DNA of 64,000 nucleotides from an uncultured Gammaproteobacteria bacterium (GCA_964408775.1 CAYPAP010000001.1:89524-153523); one strand, 5' to 3'. Shown: positions 1-10,697, counted from the stretch's first letter. Program-made: numbers and translations. The notes: generated by a model not told the origin, from the letters alone.

Positions 1-1424
1 TCTAATTCTTCTTTGCTTAGCTCTAACCTGGCCAATTTCATTTTATTTTTCATAATAACGAACTCTTTCTTGATAGCCTTTATTTTATTAGAGATCGCGC
101 TTGCATCGCCTGAAATTATTTCATTTTTTAGGTCCTTTATAAAATCATTGAAAGTTATTTCCTTTCTCTCGTAGAAATCGGTCTTAAAATAAAAATATTT
201 TTCATTATATTCGTGGTACCATTTTTTTAATAAAGAGTTCTCTAAATCCCTGGGTTTGTTTTTTAATATTTTTTCTTTTATTTCTGAGTTTTTAAAAACA
301 CGGAGACAAATATTGTAAAAATGAATTCTCTCTTCCGAAAAAACAGAAATACTGGAAGAACAAAAAATATCACCCATTATTTTCTTGGTTTTTTCCTCTC
401 CCAATCTTTCTAATAATAGCTCCTCTATTTTTTGATAAGAAAACTGTCCTTTGTCTTCTAGAAGTAACGCGTATTCCCACCATTTTTTAAATTTATTTAT
501 GAAATCACTATAAACTTTAATATCAATCCCTTTTTGGTTTTTAAAAGAATCCAGAATCTCCTCTATCTCGATTTGATTCCTTATCATTTTTTTTATCTCA
601 GCAATTCCGCCCTTTTCAAATCTAGAATAAAGATATTCACCTATCTTTAAAATATCATTTTTAGAAATAATTTCCCTAAATTGGTTATTGCTATCCAAAT
701 AAGATAAAACCGGAAAATCCCCGATATTGGTTTTTATAAATCGAGCATAAATAGAAAAAACAAGATCACACATAAAGAAAGATGCTTTAGCTGATTGAAC
801 ATCAAACTCATTATTCGTTAGAAAATTTAATAGTTCTTTCTTGTTTAAGAAATTAATATTGCTAGCTTCTCTTGTATCAGTACTAATTTCATCAGCTTTC
901 TTTAGTATCCTCACTACCCCATTATCGGCATCAACTTCTACCTCATCGCCGTCTTTTAAAACCTTGACCGCTATTTTGGTTCCAATAACACATGGAACTC
1001 CTAATTCTCTAGAGACAATAGCCGCATGACAAGTTACTCCCCCCTCAGCCGTAACTATTGCCCCTGCCCTTTTCATAAGTGGCACAAAATCTGGTCTAGT
1101 CATACCAGTAACTAAAATATCACCTTTTTTAAAATTTTTACTATTATTAGGATCTAAAATAATTTTAACAACACCTCTATAAACTCCTGGAGAAGCTGGA
1201 GTTCCTTGGATAACAGCAATATCATCATCAACCTTATTAATTAACTTTTTAATTTCATGATAAGAATCATAATCATACTCATAGGTGTCGTTTCCTCTAA
1301 CCAATAAAACATAACCATTATCTCTTCTTTTTATGAGCTCTTGCACATCAGGTAATTTATTATCAATAATTTCCAAGCAACTAATATGAGCTAATAAACT
1401 ATCATCTACCCCTGGGTATAACAT
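1..1424 (-). CDS. PEP-utilising-enzyme phosphohistidine 'swivel' domain plus helical module, 3'-partial; probably the continuation of the 1530..4631 gene
   Basis: Hand translation; absent from the ORF track because it leaves the window. Sequence reads MLYPGVDDSLLAH...IQGTPASPGVYRGVVKIILD...GDILVTGMTRPDFVPLMKRAGAIVTAEGGVTCHAAIVSRELGVPCVIGTKIAVKVLKDGDEVEVDADNGVVRIL, then more than 340 further codons with no stop down to nt 1. The frame is open from 1442 and the first ATG is at 1424. Confidence 0.75.
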   Translation of the reverse strand, partial: MLYPGVDDSLLAHISCLEIIDNKLPDVQELIKRRDNGYVLLVRGNDTYEYDYDSYHEIKKLINKVDDDIAVIQGTPASPGVYRGVVKIILDPNNSKNFKKGDILVTGMTRPDFVPLMKRAGAIVTAEGGVTCHAAIVSRELGVPCVIGTKIAVKVLKDGDEVEVDADNGVVRILKKADEISTDTREASNINFLNKKELLNFLTNNEFDVQSAKASFFMCDLVFSIYARFIKTNIGDFPVLSYLDSNNQFREIISKNDILKIGEYLYSRFEKGGIAEIKKMIRNQIEIEEILDSFKNQKGIDIKVYSDFINKFKKWWEYALLLEDKGQFSYQKIEELLLERLGEEKTKKIMGDIFCSSSISVFSEERIHFYNICLRVFKNSEIKEKILKNKPRDLENSLLKKWYHEYNEKYFYFKTDFYERKEITFNDFIKDLKNEIISGDASAISNKIKAIKKEFVIMKNKMKLARLELSKEEL

Positions 1425-1529
1425 TCTGGCTGATTTACAAATTAATGTTTGCAATTTAGCAATAGGATCTTTTCTAATATCACGAAGCTTAATGGCGAAT
1501 TGAGTAAACCGCATCCATGGTTCATCATT

Positions 1530-4500
1530 CATCAAAAAGCCTTTATTATTTTTTTCTTTTATATTCTTTTTCTTTTCCTGTTTCCATCTTTTTTCTAATT
1601 CTTTTTCTGATGGGAGAAAATAATAATCCATAAAAACAAAATCAACCTCTTGATGTGATTTTGATTTTTTTATTAAACGACTCCATCTCTCCTCAAAATG
1701 CTCAAAGTCAGGATTGGCGACCTTGTTCCAGATACTGTCATTTATTTTTTTGTTTAGAACTTCTTCTACTACATTCCTATCAAAAAGCTCTATATAAACA
1801 GTAGCCATGATTAAGTTAACTATTAGATCATAAGCTTCTTTAACAGTCTGAACCGGATTAGCGATTTCTTTCTTATAAAAATTATCTATCCTTTTGTCTA
1901 GAAAATTATAATTGTGCTCAATCTCTTCTAAACTCACCTTATTATCAACAGCTTTTTTTAAGTATTCGACTGCATACTGTCTATAAAAATGATTATTTAT
2001 TGATCCCAATGTTTCTTTTCCCTTGATTAAACTAAGAACATTAAAGGTTTTTGATTCCGTAAAATATTTTTTTAAATACTTATTATTTGACCAAGCTGTA
2101 CCAGCTATAGCCAAATTAGAATAAGGTCCTGAAAAAGTAAACATCTCGTGACCTTCTAAAGATTTTATGAACTCATTATATAACTTCAATTTATCATCGC
2201 TCTTTTTATTTAATATTCTCACCACTCCATTGTCAGCATCAACTTCTACCTCGTTGCCGTCTTCTAGGACTTGAGTAGCTATCTTTGTTCCAATAATACA
2301 GGGTTTTTTGAATTCTCTAGAAACAATTGAAGCATGGCTCAAAACGCCGCCCTCTTCAGTGACTATTGCCGAGGACCTTTTTATGATTTGTAAATAATCT
2401 GGAGTTGTAGAATGACAAACAAGAATTTTCCCATCAATAAAATTATCAAAATCTTTCCCATCCCTTATAACACAAACCTCCCCGATCACTTTACCCGGAT
2501 AAGCTTTTTGACCAGAAAAAAAATCTTTTTTATTCAAATCCTCATCAATAAATTTTATTTTATTTTTTGCCTCAAAAACAAAATCACCAGAAAAAATATT
2601 AGTCTCAACACCATTAGCATACATAACAACCCTTTTTTTTCTACTCTCAATTATGTCCATGTTGGCTTTTTCGTCTTTAATTAATAATTCAATAATCTCG
2701 TTAGGACACAAAAAGAAAAAATCATTAAAATCATAGATACCTATTCTAACAGAAACCTCTTCCATTAATCCACCAAAAAGAGAGATGTTCTCATACATTT
2801 TTTCAGTTCTCCAGCTCCTAAAAAAGATTGCCTCCTGCAAAGTTTCTATATATTTTATTATTTTTTTATCTTTTATTCTTCTTTTAAAGCTATTCAAGTC
2901 TTTTAGAAATATTTTTTTTGAATCTATAATTTTTTTTATTTTTTCTTCTGGGTTATCTAGTAAATTCTCATTTATTCTACTTAAGACCTCTTCCTTTGTA
3001 TAATATTCATTATTCATTGAAACATTTTTTAACCATTTGTATTTATTAACATGCTTTAAAATATCTTTTTGTAATAATTTATTATTTTTCTTGTTAATAC
3101 ACAACTTTAACAAGCACAATTCCTCTTCTTGAACCGAACTACTTTTAATAGACGTAGTAAATAACTGCTCAGCTTTACTAATTTCACTATTTTTAAAAAA
3201 CATACTTAAACTGGATTTAATTTTACTCTCTAAAAAATTTTCTAATAAAAGAGGGAAAACCATGTGAGAGGCGGCCCTTAAAGAGAGGTCTAAATATTTT
3301 TGAAAAAAAACTAACAATTCTTTATTCGTACTTTTGTTAAAGGTATTATTATTTATTTTAGAAGCAAATAATTTTATATTCTTATCTATTTCGTATCCAT
3401 TTTTAATTGTCTTTAATAATATATCTTCATCTTCGGCTATTTTTGCTTCGGCTATTTTTTTTAATTCACTCCAGTCCTCCTTAGCAAACATCAAATCATT
3501 ATCCAAATTAAGTATTCTTTTTATTTCATAGGGAAAATCAAAAAAATTATTATGATGCTTTGATGCCCCCTCCCAAAGTAAATAAAAATAAAAGGGTGTT
3601 CTGTATCTTTTGTGTATATAATGCCATTTTATTGAACTTAAATAATCTATAATATTTAATGAGCTATCACTATCCTTTGCAATATTTATTTTGAGAGTCG
3701 TAATCGGCCTACTTTGGACTATGTAGAAGATGTCATCCTCCATGGCCCATTCAATATCACAAGGGAAATTATAGTGGTTTTCGATTTTAATAATAAGGCT
3801 TGATAATTCAATTATTTGTTTATCTGATAGACATTGTTCTTTGGCTGTGGCTTTTGGGATATTTCTCCATTCATTACCTCCCTTTTTATCATCTCTAAAT
3901 ATTCCTCTTTCTTGGGTATAAACATTTTTATCTAAAATACTGAGGTCGTCTTTAGTAACAACATAAGAATCAGGAGTAATTTGACCAGATACTATGGCTT
4001 CTCCTAATCCAAATCCAGCTTCAATGATTATTTGATTTCTGTCTTCAGTTACGGGATGAACTGAAAAAGCAATACCGGAGACCTTTGAATTAACCATTCT
4101 TTGAACAACTACAGCCACTGATATGATTTGATTATGTAATTCTTTCTCGAATCTATAAAAAATCGCTCTAGGGGTAAAGAGCGAAGCAAAACATCTTTGA
4201 ACATTCTCTAATAATGTTTCCTCTGTAGTATTTAGAAAACTATCTAATTGACCAGCCCAGGCGGCAGAGGCAGAATCTTCGGCGGTAGCACTGGATCTAA
4301 CAGCTACATATTTACAATTTAACTTACTAAATTCTGTTTTTATCTCTTTGGCTATGTCTTTGGGCATCTTAGCGTTGAGTATTAGGGACTGGATTTGTTT
4401 AGAAGCATTTTCTACGGTATGAACTTCATTATGATTAACTTTATTCAATATGGCTTCTATTTCAATACTAATGTCGGTTATTTCTAGGAATTTATCAAAA

Positions 4501-4631
4501 GTAGTGGATAATACTACAAAACCATCGGGCACTGGTATACCAGAGGTTATCATTTCTCCTAGAGAGGCACCTTTACCTCCGGCGATGTTGGCATCGTGCT
4601 TAGAGAGTTGTTGGAATGGTTTGGTGAACAT
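1530..4631 (-). CDS. PEP synthase / rifampicin-phosphotransferase-like enzyme (PPDK_N ATP-grasp + helical domain + swivel His domain), 1033 aa
   Basis: Not in the ORF track. I translated it line by line: ATG at 4631, no stop until TGA at 1530-1532. The N-terminus MFTKPFQQLSKHDANIAGGKGASLGEMITSGIPVPDGF is typical of the PpsA/PPDK N-terminal ATP-grasp. ...CHSTTPDYLQIIKRSSAIVTEEGGVLSHASIVSREFKKPCIIGT is a PEP-utilizer mobile domain with its catalytic His. It starts 17 nt after the murB stop. Confidence 0.8.
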
Positions 4632-4648
4632 ATTTTTATATTATTAAT

Positions 4649-5671
4649 TTATAATACATTAACCTCTTCCTCTAAATCAATATCAAAACTATTTTTAACC
4701 CCTCGCTTTATTTCCTTAACTAAATTTAAAACATCCTCCTGTTTAGCTCCACCGTGATTTACAATTATCAAGGCCTGTTTTTCGTAAACCCCGACTGGAC
4801 CAAAATTTTTGCCCTTAAAACCGCATTGTTCTATCAGCCAACCGGCCGGAATCTTAATTCCCTTCTCGTCTGGGAAATTTTTAATATCAGGAAATTTTTC
4901 TTTCAAAGCATCAAAATGCTCCTCGCTAATTATTGGGTTTTTAAAAAATGAACCGGCATTAGCTATGACTGCCGGATTAGGTAATTTACTGTCACGAATT
5001 TCTCTAATAATTTCAGTTAATTCCTTCAAGCTCGGCTCCTTAATTCCTCTCTCCTCCAAGACTCGCTGAACATCGGGATAATTTAAATTTAACTCTCTGC
5101 TACGACTAAGCTTAAATTCCACCCAAAGAATAAAATATTTACCCTTTAAGTCTTTTTTAAAAATACTGTCACGGTAAGCAAATTGACAATCCTTCAAACC
5201 AAAAATTTTAAGTTCCCCGCTATTAACATCAATTGCCCCTAAAGCATAAAAATTATCTTTTACTTCCGCGCCATAAGCCCCAACATTTTGCATTGGCGCT
5301 GCCCCAACTGTCCCAGGGATATAAAAAGTGTTTTCTAGCCCATATAAATCATTTTCAATAGTGAAATAAACTAACTTAGACCAAGCCTCCCCGCTATAAG
5401 CTCGAACAATGACCTCATTCTCATTTTCCGAAATTATTTCCATTCCTTTAATTTCATTTTTTATAACTAACCCGGAAAAACCTTGGTCAGAAAATAAAGT
5501 ATTAGAGCCTCCTCCTAGTATAAATATGGGTTCATTCTTTTTATTGGCCCAACTTAAGGCTGTCTTCAATTCCTCTTCGTTTTTAACCACAACAAAAAAC
5601 TTAGCCAAACCGCCAATTTTAAAGGTGGTATAGTCGGATAATTTTATGTTTTCTAAAATTTCTAAATTCAT
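4649..5671 (-). CDS. murB: UDP-N-acetylenolpyruvoylglucosamine reductase
   Basis: ORF track 340 aa. FAD-binding N-terminus YTTFKIGGLAKFF...FILGGGSNTLF, and mur cluster context. Confidence 0.9.
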   Translation of the reverse strand: MNLEILENIKLSDYTTFKIGGLAKFFVVVKNEEELKTALSWANKKNEPIFILGGGSNTLFSDQGFSGLVIKNEIKGMEIISENENEVIVRAYSGEAWSKLVYFTIENDLYGLENTFYIPGTVGAAPMQNVGAYGAEVKDNFYALGAIDVNSGELKIFGLKDCQFAYRDSIFKKDLKGKYFILWVEFKLSRSRELNLNYPDVQRVLEERGIKEPSLKELTEIIREIRDSKLPNPAVIANAGSFFKNPIISEEHFDALKEKFPDIKNFPDEKGIKIPAGWLIEQCGFKGKNFGPVGVYEKQALIIVNHGGAKQEDVLNLVKEIKRGVKNSFDIDLEEEVNVL

Positions 5672-5699
5672 TATATTAATTATAAATTATAAATTATTT

Positions 5700-5754
5700 T
5701 ATCGCGCGGCCACGTGCCGAAGGTGAAATCGCGTTCCGAAGGTTTTACGCGATA
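5700..5754. repeat. GC-rich palindromic intergenic element (TATCGCG...CGCGATA termini)
   Basis: tatcgcgcggccacgtgccgaaggtgaaatcgcgttccgaaggttttacgcgata. It has 7-bp terminal inverted repeats, an internal CGGC-cacgt-GCCG hairpin, and a duplicated ccgaaggt. It is a GC island in the AT-rich 219-bp murC-murB spacer. Confidence 0.55.
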
Positions 5755-5890
5755 ATTATAAATTTTCTTATTATTTTTTTGTCGAAACCGCGATCTCGGC
5801 TATTAATCTTTTTTTTATAAATTTTGTAAAAGATTTTAAGCTTCACGCTATTTCTCCAAAAAAACAATAAGAAAATTTAATTTATTTATA

Positions 5891-7315
5891 CTATTTTTGT
5901 GTTTTTAATAAACTTTCCCCTACACGGAAGACATCGCCAGCACCTAAAAGTAATATAACATTATTATCACCCTTAATTTCTCGTAATTCTTTTTCAACGG
6001 CTTTCATGTCCTTAAAATATTTTAAATCTTGGTTAATTTTGTGTTTCAAGTTATATTGCCTTATTTTCTCCATTAAATCAAGGCTAGAAAGACCGCCAGC
6101 CTTTTCTCGGGCCGAGGTATAAATTTCTAATAAATAGACCTTATCTGACTGGGTAAAACTTTCAGCAAAATCATTTATTAGAGCTTTAGTCCGAGTAATG
6201 GTATGAGGATGAAAAACAGTAATTATTTTTTTGTTTTTATACTTCTGGGTCACCGCCTCTAAACAAGCTTTAACCTCAACCGGATGATGAGCATAATCAT
6301 CAATAATAATATTACCTTTAAATTTTCCTAAAACTTCAAAGCGACGAGCCGAACCCGAAAATGACCACAAAGCTTTTTTAACATCGTCAACCTTAGCTCC
6401 TAATTTTAATGAAGTAGCAATAACAGCCAAAGCATTAGAAATATTATGACGACCAAATAACTTTATTTTAAATTCTCCCAAGCTTTTATTGTTTTCAAAA
6501 ACTTCAAAAATCTGACCACTAGATTTTAATTTAAAATTTTTAGCTGAATAAATTTTATACTTTGTTCCCTTAAATTTCTTATTAACATCACCTAAACAAT
6601 ATCCAATTATTTTTCCGGCTGAATTTTTAGAAGCTTGAAAGGCCAAATTATTTTCCAAATTAACTACGACAAAACCATTTTGTGGAATTTTTTTTATAAA
6701 ATCAACAAAAACTTTATAATATGCCTTCTCATCTTTAAAATAATCAGGGTGATCGTAGTCAATATTATTTAAAACAATAGCTTGGGGATTAAAATATTGA
6801 AACTTATTCTGATATTCATCGGATTCGGCAATAAAATATTTGGACTTACCGATCAAAGCACTGCCCTTAAATTGCTGAACGTAGGAACCGGTCAAAACAT
6901 TGGGTGAAAGACCACTGTATTGCAAAACATAACCCAGCCAAGAAGTAACTGTGGTCTTGCCATGACTACCGCAAACCGAAATACCAAAATAATCATCAAA
7001 TAAATAACCCAGGGCCTGAGCATAAGAAATTTTAGGAATATTCTTGTCCTTAAAATATTTTAACTCTATATTTTCCTGGTCGTTATAGGCCGAAGAATGA
7101 ATTATTAAATCAATTTTTTTAGGAAAATTTTTTAGAGAAAATCCATTTTTAAATTTAATTTTAGCATTAAGCAAGGTTTTATCAGTTGGGAAGACATCTT
7201 TAATATCTGAACCACTAACAACAAAACCTTGACTCTGTAAAAATTGAGCCAACATTGCCATACCAACCCCCTTAATTCCAACCATATAAACATTTTTGTA
7301 ATTTCCCAATTTCAT
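5891..7315 (-). CDS. murC: UDP-N-acetylmuramate--L-alanine ligase
   Basis: 474 aa. Motifs VGIKGVGMAMLAQFL and GSHGKTTVTSW (Mur ligase P-loop), with mur cluster context. Confidence 0.9.
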   Translation of the reverse strand: MKLGNYKNVYMVGIKGVGMAMLAQFLQSQGFVVSGSDIKDVFPTDKTLLNAKIKFKNGFSLKNFPKKIDLIIHSSAYNDQENIELKYFKDKNIPKISYAQALGYLFDDYFGISVCGSHGKTTVTSWLGYVLQYSGLSPNVLTGSYVQQFKGSALIGKSKYFIAESDEYQNKFQYFNPQAIVLNNIDYDHPDYFKDEKAYYKVFVDFIKKIPQNGFVVVNLENNLAFQASKNSAGKIIGYCLGDVNKKFKGTKYKIYSAKNFKLKSSGQIFEVFENNKSLGEFKIKLFGRHNISNALAVIATSLKLGAKVDDVKKALWSFSGSARRFEVLGKFKGNIIIDDYAHHPVEVKACLEAVTQKYKNKKIITVFHPHTITRTKALINDFAESFTQSDKVYLLEIYTSAREKAGGLSSLDLMEKIRQYNLKHKINQDLKYFKDMKAVEKELREIKGDNNVILLLGAGDVFRVGESLLKTQK

Positions 7316-7321
7316 ATTATA

Positions 7322-8413
7322 TTAATTTAAAATTTCTTTAATAATATTTATCATTTCGGCATTGCCATTTTTAATAACCCAAGAAATGTTAGCACTTAAA
7401 CGATTTTTTAAATCCGGATTATTTAGAATATTTTTTATTTCATTGATAAAAATGTCGGGACGTAAATTTTTTTCTGGTAAAATTTTGGCTGCCTTCAATT
7501 TATCAAATTCTTGAGCATTAATTTCTTGGTGAGAATCGGGCATTGGAATTAAAATAGCTGGTTTTTTGAAAAAAGATAATTCGGTTAAAGTCCCCAGGCC
7601 ACAACGAGAAATTATTAAATCAGCCTCTAACATTAAACTTAGTAAATCTTGATGAAAAACAAAGTCGGTTTTTTGATAGTTTTCCGGAAATGCTTTTTTA
7701 TTTTCATCTCTTTCAATTCTCCCACTAACATGAAAGACCCTAGTAAAAATTATTAGATCAGCCACAGACTGAGATACCAATTGATTTATAAAAGAAGATC
7801 CGGTTCCCCCTCCAACTACTAAAATTAGTGGCAAATGAGACGACTTAATTTTATATTTTTTTAATATTTCTTTTCGATTAGAAGAAAAATTTTTTAAATC
7901 TGGTCCTAAATTTCCTATCCACCTCGCTTTATTGCCATAATCTTTTAATGAACTCTCAAATGTAACAGTCACAATCCTGGAAAACTTAGCCATAATTTTA
8001 TTAGCCAAACCAGGAATCACATCTTGCTGGTGAACTATAACTGGAATGCGCCAAAACCAGGCAGCAATAGAAAGTGGCACAGCCACAAACCCGCCGGCGC
8101 TAATAATTAAGTCAGGTTTTTCTTTTTTTAATAAAAACAATGACTGCCAAAAAGCAATAAATATTTTAAAAATATCAATAAAATTTAATAAGGAAAAATA
8201 ACGACGCCACTTGCCGCTTAAAATAGATTGGTATTCAATAGCCTCTTTTTTTACCAATTCTCTCTCTATACCACTATGAGTTCCAATAAACAAAAAATCA
8301 AACTCATATTTAAGCTCTTTATAAATTTGTAATAATGGAGTGACCGAACCACCAGTTCCCCCACCACTTAAAATTATTTTTTTCTTATTTGTTTTCATTA
8401 TTTCGTTTGTCAT
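7322..8413 (-). CDS. murG: UDP-GlcNAc:undecaprenyl-PP-MurNAc-pentapeptide GlcNAc transferase
   Basis: 363 aa. SGGGTGGSVTPLL N-terminal glycine-rich motif; lies between ftsW and murC. Confidence 0.85.
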   Translation of the reverse strand: MTNEIMKTNKKKIILSGGGTGGSVTPLLQIYKELKYEFDFLFIGTHSGIERELVKKEAIEYQSILSGKWRRYFSLLNFIDIFKIFIAFWQSLFLLKKEKPDLIISAGGFVAVPLSIAAWFWRIPVIVHQQDVIPGLANKIMAKFSRIVTVTFESSLKDYGNKARWIGNLGPDLKNFSSNRKEILKKYKIKSSHLPLILVVGGGTGSSFINQLVSQSVADLIIFTRVFHVSGRIERDENKKAFPENYQKTDFVFHQDLLSLMLEADLIISRCGLGTLTELSFFKKPAILIPMPDSHQEINAQEFDKLKAAKILPEKNLRPDIFINEIKNILNNPDLKNRLSANISWVIKNGNAEMINIIKEILN

Positions 8414-8419
8414 ATTATT

Positions 8420-9625
8420 TTATTTTTGCACTCCTTGCTTAGAAATGTTTAATAAAACTCCACAAGAAGCTAGCAAAATCAAAAGTGATGTTCCGCCGGC
8501 ACTAACAAAAGGAAGAGGAACCCCCGTCATTGGAATAAGGTTTATCATTCCACCAATATTTAAAAAGGCCTGAAAAAATATCCACACTGATATACCCACT
8601 GCCAGAGCTCGTCCATACATATCAGGGGCTCTTTTGGCAATAATTATACCTTTATAGAATATAAAAAAATAAACAAAAATCAATAAGACCGAACCAATAA
8701 AGCCAATTTCCTCAGCAATTACCGGAAAAATTGAATCAGACCAAACTTCTGGCAAGTAATTGAATTTTTGTCGACTATCACCCAAACCCCGACCAAAAAT
8801 TCCACCTGAACCAATAGCGATTAATGATTGATTAACCTGATAACAGGAATCTCGGTCAAAATCGGGGTTTTGCAGACACCTAATTCTATTTAATTGATAA
8901 TCTTTTATAATCCCAGATGACTCTGGTCGCTCGGCTTGATTTAAAAGATAAACTAATCCCATAACTAAAATTAGAGATAGGATTAAGATTTGTTTCATAT
9001 TACCCTCGGCTACAAAATAAATAGATAAGGCAATTAAAAAAACTAAAATAAAAGTTCCTAAGTCAGGTTGCATTAAAAGCAATCCTCCAATAAAAGCTAG
9101 TACAACCAAAAAAGGCAATAAACCGGCAGAAAATTGTTTCAAATCATCTTTTCTAATCTCCACCCATGCAGCCAAATAAAAAATCAAAAAAAGTTTTACC
9201 GCCTCGGCCGGCTGGAAAGATTTACCAAAAACAATTATCCAACTATAAGAGGTCCCATGCTCACCTCTTAGTCCAGGAACAAAAACCAAGATCAAGAGAA
9301 CAAGTGACCCCAACAAAAACCAAAGTGAATATTTTTTGAAAAAATGGTAATCAATTTTGGAGAACAAAAATAAAAGGGCCAGGCCAATAAAAAGCGCCAA
9401 AAACTGTTTTTTAATATAGTAATAAGCATCGCCAGTACTAGAATGAGCTGTAACCAAAGAAGCGCTAAATAAAGCGACCAACCCAAAAGCAACTAGGGCC
9501 AGAATTACCCCCAGCAAATATTTATCCAGTGGTCTTCGAATAATACCAACCTTCTCCTTGCTAGAGCTGGAATTGTTCATTGGTCTGGAAATATTCTTTT
9601 TTTTATTCTTTGCTCTTTTAAACAT
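8420..9625 (-). CDS. ftsW: SEDS-family lipid II flippase/peptidoglycan polymerase (FtsW/RodA)
   Basis: 401 aa polytopic membrane protein with a conserved C-terminus ...LIPMTGVPLPFVSAGGTSLL. Its position between mraY and murG favours FtsW. Confidence 0.85.
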   Translation of the reverse strand: MFKRAKNKKKNISRPMNNSSSSKEKVGIIRRPLDKYLLGVILALVAFGLVALFSASLVTAHSSTGDAYYYIKKQFLALFIGLALLFLFSKIDYHFFKKYSLWFLLGSLVLLILVFVPGLRGEHGTSYSWIIVFGKSFQPAEAVKLFLIFYLAAWVEIRKDDLKQFSAGLLPFLVVLAFIGGLLLMQPDLGTFILVFLIALSIYFVAEGNMKQILILSLILVMGLVYLLNQAERPESSGIIKDYQLNRIRCLQNPDFDRDSCYQVNQSLIAIGSGGIFGRGLGDSRQKFNYLPEVWSDSIFPVIAEEIGFIGSVLLIFVYFFIFYKGIIIAKRAPDMYGRALAVGISVWIFFQAFLNIGGMINLIPMTGVPLPFVSAGGTSLLILLASCGVLLNISKQGVQK

Positions 9626-9636
9626 AAAAATTAAGA

Positions 9637-10686
9637 TTACCCTAAAGTCTTGTCAGCTAAAAATATTAAAAGTCCGATAACAGCTACCACCGCTGAGACA
9701 AGCCAAAAACGCATCACAATTTTACTCTCTGACCAACCTTGAGCTTGAAAATGATGATGGATAGGGGCTGACAAAAAAACCTTTTTCTTTCTAATTTTTC
9801 TAGATAATATTTGAATTATAACCGACAAAGATTCCACCACAAAAATAAACCCTATTAGAGGCAAAAGCATAACATTGTTAGTAAGTAACGCGATTATTCC
9901 CAGGGTAACACCTAAGCTCATCGAACCGGTATCCCCCATATAAAAACGGGCTGGAGGGATATTAAACCATAAAAAGGCCAACAAAGCCCCAATTATAACA
10001 CCACAAAAGGCGGCGAGATCATAGCGCCCCATAGCAAAAGAAATAATAGCATAAGAACCAAATGCAATAAGTAATGTTCCCCCCGCCAAGCCATCCAAGC
10101 CATCAGTTTCGTTAACTGAGAAAGAAGTAGCCACAATAACTAGAATAAAAACCGGAATATACCACCAACCAATTTGAAAATACCCCAAGAAAGGTACATG
10201 AATAGTGGTCCAATCTAATTTAAAATAAAACCACAAAGCTCCAATAAGGGCAATAAGAGCATAAATAATTAAACGATGTCTCATTTTGAAACCGCCACCA
10301 CCAAAAACCCCCTTACCTCGAACGTCCAACCAATCATCCACTAAGCCAATTAAGGCCGAGGCCACCAAAGCCCCTAACGGCAATAGAGTTTCTTTTTGTG
10401 ATAAAAAATTTAAAGTAGAGGTGAAATTATTAGGGAAAAATTTATATAAATAATAAAAAAACAAAACGAAAACAAAAGTTGTGCCCCAGATTAAAACCCC
10501 ACCCATAGTTGGAGTACCAGATTTATGAGCATGTAATTTACTGAAAATAGGAGTATCACCGGAATTCCTAATTTTTTTTCCAAGCTTGTATTTATATAAG
10601 AAATTAGACAAAAGAGGTATCCACAAAATAGTAAAAACAAAAGCTAATGTTGTTAAAAACAAAATTTTAATAATCTGTAATTCCAT
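9637..10686 (-). CDS. mraY: phospho-N-acetylmuramoyl-pentapeptide transferase
   Basis: 349 aa. Motifs GTPTMGG, NETDGLDGLA and the HHHF segment. Confidence 0.9.
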   Translation of the reverse strand: MELQIIKILFLTTLAFVFTILWIPLLSNFLYKYKLGKKIRNSGDTPIFSKLHAHKSGTPTMGGVLIWGTTFVFVLFFYYLYKFFPNNFTSTLNFLSQKETLLPLGALVASALIGLVDDWLDVRGKGVFGGGGFKMRHRLIIYALIALIGALWFYFKLDWTTIHVPFLGYFQIGWWYIPVFILVIVATSFSVNETDGLDGLAGGTLLIAFGSYAIISFAMGRYDLAAFCGVIIGALLAFLWFNIPPARFYMGDTGSMSLGVTLGIIALLTNNVMLLPLIGFIFVVESLSVIIQILSRKIRKKKVFLSAPIHHHFQAQGWSESKIVMRFWLVSAVVAVIGLLIFLADKTLG

Positions 10687-10697
10687 AGATAAAAAAA

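Noticed and set aside
841-4647. Five plus-strand track ORFs (841..1029, 2412..2684, 2785..3003, 3334..3531, 4450..4647).
   Set aside because: All lie antisense to the long, domain-bearing PpsA-like reading frame. They have low-complexity Phe/Ile/Leu/Ser-rich translations typical of the reverse strand of AT-rich genes.
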